This document shows positions 17,562 through 23,636 of a DNA stretch of 24,163 nucleotides, piece by piece (the stretch's first letter is position 1; the number at the start of each line of letters is the position of its first letter). The DNA comes from a virus (lineage: Duplodnaviria > Caudoviricetes). The notes beneath the pieces are model-generated. The model ran no database searches and was not told the origin of the DNA. It saw nothing but the letters and a program-made list of their open reading frames with translations. Made by a program: the position numbers and the translations under genes. The stretch spans positions 1-24,163 of the IMG/VR virus record IMGVR_UViG_3300028635_000415; one strand, 5' to 3'.

Positions 17562-18074
17562 ATGAGCCGAACCATCTTCAAGTACCGCATACCCAAGCGG
17601 CGTCAGTTCACCATCGAGCTCCCCCGTGGGGCCACCATCCTCAGCGTGCGTCAGAGCCTCGCGCCGGCCCCGCAGACTCCCCAGATCCACGAGGTGCGCC
17701 TCGCCGGTCCTCAGGACGTCCGCCTGACCGTGGCTGGTGCCAACGAGACCGATGTCCGCGCCCGCGTGGTGGAGCGCTTCGCGCCCTTCGCCCGCCCCGA
17801 TCTGGACATCAACGCTGCCATCACCAGCGTCCGTCCCCTCGACCCCACCGGCGAGGACTACAGCCAGAACGTCTGCATGTGGGCCGAGGTCGACCCCGAC
17901 GAGATCAAGGTCGGCGTGACCTTCTACTCCGTCCCCACCGGCGGCGAGGTGCCTCCCGGCTGCCTCTTCGTCGACACCGTTCTCGCGGACGCGGCTGACG
18001 GTTCCGAGGCCGTGTTCCACATCTACGTGTTCGTCGCCGACGCCGGCGTGTCCGTCAACGGCCGGGAGCAGTGA
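17562..18074 (+). CDS. hypothetical phage protein
   Basis: AAGGAG RBS; TIFKY..IELPRGATILSV..Q...CMWAEVDP...TG..VFHIY pattern recalled from a common phage family of unknown function. Confidence 0.8.
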   Translation: MSRTIFKYRIPKRRQFTIELPRGATILSVRQSLAPAPQTPQIHEVRLAGPQDVRLTVAGANETDVRARVVERFAPFARPDLDINAAITSVRPLDPTGEDYSQNVCMWAEVDPDEIKVGVTFYSVPTGGEVPPGCLFVDTVLADAADGSEAVFHIYVFVADAGVSVNGREQ

Positions 18075-18082
18075 GACGCCAT

Positions 18083-18140
18083 GAGGCATGCTGTCGCCAT
18101 TGCTACTAGGTTCCCTGGGAATATGGTGGCAGCATGCTTC
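18083..18140 (+). promoter_or_regulatory. RNA hairpin sequestering the GIY-YIG start codon, with embedded putative promoter TTGCTA-N16-TATGGT
   Basis: GAGGCATGCTGTCGCCAT (18083-18100) pairs with ATGGTGGCAGCATGCTTC (18123-18140), 18 bp including 3 G-U; the ATG at 18134 is inside the stem. Confidence 0.6.
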
Positions 18141-18895
18141 CCTTTTCTTCGGTACTTCCAACGCGTTCTTACAAGGTGTGCGGCGTCTACGGTGTTCAGT
18201 GTGTTACGAGTGGGCGGTGGTACGTTGGTAGCTCCTTTTATTTGTGGAAGCGCGTTGGGCAGCACCGTTCAGATCTTTGACGCGGGTGTCACCACAGCGT
18301 CATTTTTCAACGGTCGTATCAGAAGTACGGTGAGGCGTCATTCGTCGCAGGCATTCTTGAGGAATGTGCGCCGTCGGAGCTTCACGATCGTGAGGAGTAT
18401 TGGATGACCAAACTCCGTGCTCGTGACCCTAAATGTGGGATGAACGTGGCGCTTCCCGACCGCCGTGATCGTACTTGGGCATCTAAGTCTTTTCGCGTTC
18501 GTAAAGTAGGGGCGCTGCGCTGGAGGGTCATCAAGAACTTGGTTGCGTTTGCGCACTCCATTGGCGTTCCTTCGAGTGGGCTGTTCAACGTGGCAGCAGG
18601 GCGCAAGCGTTCGTGCCACGGATGGGAGTCCCGACGGGTGGGTGACTCCGAGGAGTCGTGGGCTGCCCGGCGTTCTCTTTACCTTTTGTCTACGCATGTC
18701 GTGGAGCGTAAGCCTCGCGTAGGGATGGTTTCCAGGCAGCAGCGGTTCGAGGTCGTTACCCCCGATATGATTCTCAACACAGTACCGTCGCTGTACCAAT
18801 ACATTCGGGCAGCTGGTTTTGACAAGGCTGCCGTATACCGCGCATTGCGCAAAAACATCCCTTACCGGGGTTACCGTTTTCGGAGGCTCCCATGA
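18134..18895 (+). pseudogene. GIY-YIG homing endonuclease interrupted by an in-frame TGA at 18278-18280
   Basis: Reads MLPFSSVLPTRSYKVCGVYGVQCVTSGRWYVGSSFYLWKRVGQHRSDL*RGCHHSVIFQRSYQKYGEASF..ILEEC..LHDREEYWM..GMNV, in frame with ORF 18404..18895, which carries NUMOD-like DNA-binding modules. Confidence 0.85.
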
Positions 18896-20178
18896 CCGAC
18901 GTCATATATCTTGTGTGTGCTACCACTGGGGAATCCAGTACGAGCAAGCACGGCAACAGCAACAAGATGCACAAGTGGACCCGCCGCCCGGATGGGCAGT
19001 GGGATCATACGTATGGGCGGGTTGGTACCCCTGGGGTAACGCATACCGTCTCTGAATCCAAGATGCAGTCCAAGATGGCGGAGGCGCTTCGTAATGGGTA
19101 CAAGCAGGTCGAGGTCGCCGCGGATGTCGGCAGTGGTACCGTGAACGGCCCCGCCGTCGCCAAGGCGGATGTGCGGCAGAAGGCCATCGACGAGATCGCC
19201 GGCGGGGACAAGGACCTCGCCAAGTTCGTCGGCATGTTGGTGGACAAGAACACCCGAGAGATCACTACCGGTACCACGCTGAAGCTGGATACTGCCACCG
19301 GTCTGTTCAAGACCGATGGCGGCATCATCGTCACCCGGAAGGTGGTGGACGAGGCCCGGGTGCTCCTCGGGCAGATCAAGAAGCTGGTCTCCCTCCCCGG
19401 CACGAAGGACCAGGACCAGGTCGCGTGCGACTACATGATGCGGATCCCGACCGACATCGGCCGCAACAGGCCCACTTTCCGGAACGTGTTTCCCGACAAG
19501 GCCGCGGTGGACAAGCAGGAGCAGATCCTCGATGCCCTCCTCGGTTCCTTGGACATGCTGGCCAAGCCAGCAGCCAAGGCTGACGAACCGAAGGTCGAGG
19601 CCAAGAAGGTCTGGTCGGTCACCATGACCCCCACCGACGCCACCGAGCTGAAGCGCATCACGGCCAAGTTCCATTCTACCGCGCAGGGTATGCACGCGGC
19701 CGTCCAGGCTGGTCTCGTACCCAAGCGCGCGTGGCAGCTGAGCATCTCCCACATGGATGAGGCGTTCGCTGCGGATGGCGCCATGATCACGCCGCAGCAC
19801 GAGCTGTGGCACGGGACTCGTGTGGGTAATCTCCTCAGCATCTTTGCTCGGGGGCTCATCATACCCCCGTGGGCGGACGCCGGTCGCATGTTTGGCGACG
19901 GCGTGTATTTCGCCCCTTCCTCCTCCAAGGCCCTCAACTACTCGTACGGGTACTGGGGAGGTGGCGGCAGGGACGCGACGTGTTACATGCTCCTCAATAC
20001 CGTCGCCACCGGTCGGGATTTCACGCCGAGCGGGCCCGGGTCCTGGAAGGCAGCCCCCACCGGCTATGACTCCGTGTGGGCGCGTTCCGGCAAGAGTGGC
20101 GTCCAGAACGATGAGGTCATCGTTTATCGCGCGTCGCAGGCCAAGATCACCCGCTTGATCGAGTTCGGTGCCAAGTGA
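18892..20178 (+). CDS. poly(ADP-ribose) polymerase-like protein (WGR-like + regulatory + catalytic domains)
   Basis: YGRVG (WGR-like), YMMRIPTDIGR (regulatory), LWHGT..NLLSI..GL, GRMFGDGVYFA..SSKALNY, GYDSV, NDEVIVY: intact H-Y-E triad. Confidence 0.92.
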   Translation: MTDVIYLVCATTGESSTSKHGNSNKMHKWTRRPDGQWDHTYGRVGTPGVTHTVSESKMQSKMAEALRNGYKQVEVAADVGSGTVNGPAVAKADVRQKAIDEIAGGDKDLAKFVGMLVDKNTREITTGTTLKLDTATGLFKTDGGIIVTRKVVDEARVLLGQIKKLVSLPGTKDQDQVACDYMMRIPTDIGRNRPTFRNVFPDKAAVDKQEQILDALLGSLDMLAKPAAKADEPKVEAKKVWSVTMTPTDATELKRITAKFHSTAQGMHAAVQAGLVPKRAWQLSISHMDEAFAADGAMITPQHELWHGTRVGNLLSIFARGLIIPPWADAGRMFGDGVYFAPSSSKALNYSYGYWGGGGRDATCYMLLNTVATGRDFTPSGPGSWKAAPTGYDSVWARSGKSGVQNDEVIVYRASQAKITRLIEFGAK

Positions 20179-20756
20179 GGCCCTATCTCCCGGGAATGCG
20201 GTTTGGCCTGCTCACGATCGTGGAGCATGTACCTCGACCTGAGGGCCGGCGTACTGGCGGTCGCTGGTACCGGTGTCGGTGTGACTGCGGCAACATGACC
20301 ACCAAGTCCCAGGGGGCCATCCGTAACGGAAGCACGAAATCCTGTGGGTGCCTTCGGCGTAAGAGGGCCGCGGAGCTTTCGGTGGTTACCGCTAAAGCCA
20401 AAGGTGCGTTCTACCCGTCTGCTGTTATGGACCTCTATCGCAGGTACAAGAAATCTGCCCGCAAGATGCGGCGTGTGTTCAAGCTGACCGTTGAGCAGTG
20501 CGCGAAGCTATTCGAGTCTCCTTGCGTGTACTGCGGGCAAACCCCCTCCATGGAAGTGAAGGCACCTGCGAAATACAGTATGCGACCGGTGTTTTACGCT
20601 TCCGGGTTGGACCGGTTCAACAACAAGGTCGGGTATACCCCTACCAATACGGTGTCGTGTTGTTCAGCGTGCAACCACATGAAATCCGATCGCCGTTTCG
20701 AGGACTGGCTTGCACACATGGCCCGCGTTCTCCGGCATCAACGGAGGGTGTTGTGA
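20175..20756 (+). CDS. putative homing endonuclease (His-Me-finger type)
   Basis: GMRFGLLTIV..WYRCRCDCGN..KSCGC N-terminal module; PCVYCG..GLDRFNNKVGYTPTNTVSCCSACNHMK; GTGA overlap with PARP stop; lower GC3. Confidence 0.85.
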   Translation: MRPYLPGMRFGLLTIVEHVPRPEGRRTGGRWYRCRCDCGNMTTKSQGAIRNGSTKSCGCLRRKRAAELSVVTAKAKGAFYPSAVMDLYRRYKKSARKMRRVFKLTVEQCAKLFESPCVYCGQTPSMEVKAPAKYSMRPVFYASGLDRFNNKVGYTPTNTVSCCSACNHMKSDRRFEDWLAHMARVLRHQRRVL

Positions 20757-20809
20757 TGTACCGCGCCTCGCAGTGCAAGGTCACCCGGCTGGTGGAGTTC
20801 GCGCCGTGA
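20750..20809 (+). repeat. second copy of the PARP 3' end (VVMYRASQCKVTRLVEFAP*)
   Basis: 11/14 aa and 33/42 nt identical to PARP 20125-20166 (YRASQAKITRLIEF). Confidence 0.85.
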
Positions 20810-21009
20810 GCGAGCTCAAGTCGCTGGAGCAAGCCGATGCCGAGGCCCGTAGGCGCCACGAGCAGAAGAGTTCTGGTAAGACCGGGATCGCCTGCCCGGC
20901 TTGCGGGGACGAGCTGTATGACTTCGAGCCCAACATGGTGCTGACCTCCTACCCGCCTCAGACGCGGGTCGCATGCAAGTGTGGCTGGAAGGGAACGAGG
21001 CTCGCATGA
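20806..21009 (+). CDS. small zinc-ribbon-like protein
   Basis: GTG start; IACPACG...LTSYPPQ...ACKCGW; overlapping stop/start on both sides. Confidence 0.7.
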   Translation: MSELKSLEQADAEARRRHEQKSSGKTGIACPACGDELYDFEPNMVLTSYPPQTRVACKCGWKGTRLA

Positions 21010-21194
21010 GCTTGTCCGATTGCCCGAAGTGCTGGGACACCCCTTGCTCTTGCGGGTATGAGTATCGCAAGAGCCCTAGGCTCGCCCGCGCCAAGCATGC
21101 GGCCACCATCCTCGGTATCGCTGAGGATAGCGCCGAGTTCGAGTATCTCCTCAGCATCACCCCCGAAGCCCATCCTATGAAGGACCTCGAATGA
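21006..21194 (+). CDS. small Cys-rich hypothetical protein
   Basis: MSLSDCPKCWDTPCSCGYEY; ATGA overlaps on both sides. Confidence 0.7.
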   Translation: MSLSDCPKCWDTPCSCGYEYRKSPRLARAKHAATILGIAEDSAEFEYLLSITPEAHPMKDLE

Positions 21195-21436
21195 GCAGCA
21201 CCGATGACGCCACCTACCCCCTCTTCGCCGTGTTCGGCCCCCTCGCCCTCGCGCTGATCGTGGCCGCCATCGTGTACTTCGTCTACGCTGGCAACCAGTC
21301 GTACAACGAGGCCCAGGCCAAGATTGCCATCGAGGCGGTCAAGGCTGGGCTGGTGCAGAACGAGCGCGGGTACTGGGTTGAGCCCGTCGGGCACCCCAGG
21401 GTGATCGCAGAAGCTCCACCGAAGGGTAAGCCGTGA
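21191..21436 (+). CDS. small single-pass membrane protein
   Basis: Hydrophobic LFAVFGPLALALIVAAIVYFVYA; AAGGA RBS. Confidence 0.75.
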   Translation: MSSTDDATYPLFAVFGPLALALIVAAIVYFVYAGNQSYNEAQAKIAIEAVKAGLVQNERGYWVEPVGHPRVIAEAPPKGKP

Positions 21437-21630
21437 CGATCACCCTCACCTTCGCTTGGTGGTGGCTCGGGGTGGGGACCTGCATAGTGGGCCTCATCCT
21501 CGGACTGTTCGGAAAGACGGAAGGCGGGTACATCCCGTGGCCCGACTCCACCTTGGCCATCGCGCTCATCCTCGACGTGCTCGGGGTTATGTACCTCATA
21601 TTCGGATTCATAGCGAGGTGCTTTCCGTGA
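21433..21630 (+). CDS. small two-TM membrane protein
   Basis: Two hydrophobic stretches; GTGA overlaps at both ends. Confidence 0.65.
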   Translation: MTITLTFAWWWLGVGTCIVGLILGLFGKTEGGYIPWPDSTLAIALILDVLGVMYLIFGFIARCFP

Positions 21631-22025
21631 CCGAGTGCGAGCATTCCCGAGTCAACTATTCCAACCCCTTGCAGTGCGACATATGCAAGAAGGTCAAGAT
21701 CGGGGGCGAGTGGGTCAACTCTCCGGACCGTGAACCGCCGGTTCAGGAGCCTGGCGGTCTCATAGCTGCCCTAGGCAAGCAGGTCGTCATAGAGGGCGAC
21801 CCTATGGCCCAGTACCGTAAGCAGCGCGATGCCGTGGCGGCCAAGATGGGCGGCCTCATCCCCATAGCCGAGGGGCGGGTCGTAGGTGTCGATATGGCGC
21901 AGGAAGGCACGTCTGACGTAACCGTGCGTCTCGTCTTCACTTCCGGGCAGTTCGATCAGATAGCGCTGATGGCTGCACCGCACCACGGGATGCGCATAGT
22001 TGTGCTGGAAGATCGGAGGCGATAA
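21627..22025 (+). CDS. hypothetical protein
   Basis: GTG start after GAGGTG; TAATG overlap with the next gene. Confidence 0.65.
   Translation: MTECEHSRVNYSNPLQCDICKKVKIGGEWVNSPDREPPVQEPGGLIAALGKQVVIEGDPMAQYRKQRDAVAAKMGGLIPIAEGRVVGVDMAQEGTSDVTVRLVFTSGQFDQIALMAAPHHGMRIVVLEDRRR
21731..21745. repeat. 15-bp palindromic motif copy 7 (TGAACCGCCGGTTCA, perfect)
   Basis: Intragenic; encodes REPPVQ in an apparent linker. Confidence 0.85.
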
Positions 22026-22435
22026 TGACCGACATGCCGTTCACCCTCCGCTTCACCAAGCTCCTCCCTACCGCGTCTACCCCCACCAAGGCGACCCCGC
22101 ATTCGTCCGTTTACGAGCTCCGCGCCGTCGGAGAGCACATCGAGTACACCGTGGTCCCGGGAGACCTGGTGCCCACCAACGTACCCACCGGCCTGGCGTT
22201 CGATCTGCCGCACTGTGTTGTCGGGTTGTTGTTCCCGGTCCCGCGTTGTGGCGTCCTCATCCCCTGCGGTCGCAACATCATCGACAGTTCTACACGCAGT
22301 GAGCTCTATATCCCGCTCATCAGCAATGGGGTTGCCCTGGCTACCTATCGGCCCGGGGATATAGTCGCCCATGTTCTGTTCGTCCGCCACGAAGTGGCCG
22401 ATCTCATCGAGACCAATCACATAGCAGGTGGTTAG
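22025..22435 (+). CDS. trimeric dUTPase-fold protein with degenerate catalytic motifs
   Basis: FTKLLPTASTPTKAT, VPTGLAFDLP, IID, PGD..A scaffold; motifs I-IV altered and motif V absent; GGAGG RBS. Confidence 0.75.
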   Translation: MTDMPFTLRFTKLLPTASTPTKATPHSSVYELRAVGEHIEYTVVPGDLVPTNVPTGLAFDLPHCVVGLLFPVPRCGVLIPCGRNIIDSSTRSELYIPLISNGVALATYRPGDIVAHVLFVRHEVADLIETNHIAGG

Positions 22436-22696
22436 ATGGCACGTCGCACGAAGGTGAAGCTTCCCGCTGGATGGAAGGCTGAGCTCATAACTCCGCGCAT
22501 GAAGAAAGGGTGTGAGGGTTGCGGTCAGGTTCCCGACGGTGTCTACCGTTTGATTAACTCCGTCGACGCTTACCCTTTCCCCACTACCCGGACCTATTGC
22601 TGCGCGTGCGGCGTCGCCGTAATGCGGCAATCTCTGCAACAAGCAGAGCAACTCATCCGGGAGTTCGAGGGACAGCATGCCACCCCGCGCCCGTAA
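22436..22696 (+). CDS. small Cys-rich hypothetical protein
   Basis: CEGC...CCAC; starts immediately after the previous stop. Confidence 0.6.
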   Translation: MARRTKVKLPAGWKAELITPRMKKGCEGCGQVPDGVYRLINSVDAYPFPTTRTYCCACGVAVMRQSLQQAEQLIREFEGQHATPRP

Positions 22697-22991
22697 CTCT
22701 CCTCCCGAGCCCGTCGCTCCTCCCCAAGCTCCCGTCGTCAACGTCCACCCCCCGCTGAACCCGTACGTGGTGTTCATGGATATGGAGGGAGTGGCGCACT
22801 TCATGGAGTTCGCCGGAGTTCACCTGTACTGCGTCCGCGGCCGGCACCACGTGCAGGACCGCATGGGCAAGCACTACGAGGTGTGCGGCGCCTACGACAT
22901 CCAGGACCCGGAACAGGCGCTCCATTCGTACCAACTGCTGTGCGCCGGGGCAGCCGCCGCGGCTGCCGCTCAAAGCAAAAAGGAACTCTGA
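22677..22991 (+). CDS. hypothetical protein
   Basis: GAGG RBS, GC3-rich, TGATG coupling to tmk. Confidence 0.65.
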   Translation: MPPRARNSPPEPVAPPQAPVVNVHPPLNPYVVFMDMEGVAHFMEFAGVHLYCVRGRHHVQDRMGKHYEVCGAYDIQDPEQALHSYQLLCAGAAAAAAAQSKKEL

Positions 22992-23584
22992 TGATCATCG
23001 CTCTCGAAGGTGGAGAAGGGTGCGGCAAGGGCACCATCGCCAAGTGGCTGAACGAGGAGCACGGGTTCATCGAGCTGCACGACCCAGGGTCGTCCCCGCT
23101 GTCGTTGCAGATGCGCGAGATCCTCCTCCACAAGACCGACCTCGACATGGACGACCGGCAGCTGGCCCTCGCGTTCGAGGTGTGCCATGCCGACAACCTC
23201 AAGCAGGCGATGAAGTATGCGGCCAACGGATCCAACGTCGTCCTGGACCGCACTTACCTGTCGAACTACGCCCACCGGATGGCCAAGGGTATGCCCATGG
23301 CGCATCTCAAGATCCTCAACCAGCTGTTCCTCCCCGAGACAGCGTGCGTGGAGAAGATCCTCTACCTGGCGTGCCCGTGGGAGGCCCGGAAGGCGCGCAT
23401 GCTGGCCCGGCCCGGAGGCGGCAAGGATCGGTTCGAGAGCCGCGGTGATCAGTTCCACCTCGACGTGGAACGCGCCTACGATTCCCTGGCCGCGTCCGGT
23501 ATGGCGGTGCGCCTCGACGCGTCTGGAGACGTCGCCTCTGTCAAGAGGCTGGTGGCCGCGCAACTGGGGTTGACTGTTGCCTGA
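22991..23584 (+). CDS. tmk: thymidylate (dTMP) kinase
   Basis: IIALEGGEGCGKGT P-loop, DPG, VVLDRTYLSNYAH, DRFE. Confidence 0.9.
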   Translation: MIIALEGGEGCGKGTIAKWLNEEHGFIELHDPGSSPLSLQMREILLHKTDLDMDDRQLALAFEVCHADNLKQAMKYAANGSNVVLDRTYLSNYAHRMAKGMPMAHLKILNQLFLPETACVEKILYLACPWEARKARMLARPGGGKDRFESRGDQFHLDVERAYDSLAASGMAVRLDASGDVASVKRLVAAQLGLTVA

Positions 23585-23636
23585 AATCAAACGGTAGCCA
23601 TGCTGATCGCCGACGCCTACCCGTCGGGAGGTCAAC

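Noticed and set aside
18278-18280. Genome-wide TGA reassignment
   Set aside because: TGA is the normal stop of most genes in the window, often in ATGA/TGATG overlaps
18081-18407. 108-aa ORF in the track
   Set aside because: Wrong frame; the overlapping frame carries the GIY-YIG motifs
20175-20756. Group I intron in the PARP gene
   Set aside because: PARP is complete without splicing and the nuclease ORF leaves no non-coding room for a ribozyme core
931-21745. 15-bp palindrome as terminator, CRISPR repeat or Gram-positive LexA box
   Set aside because: A 1-nt centre and no U-tract; copies are kilobases apart; GAAC-GTTC spacing is 5, not 4
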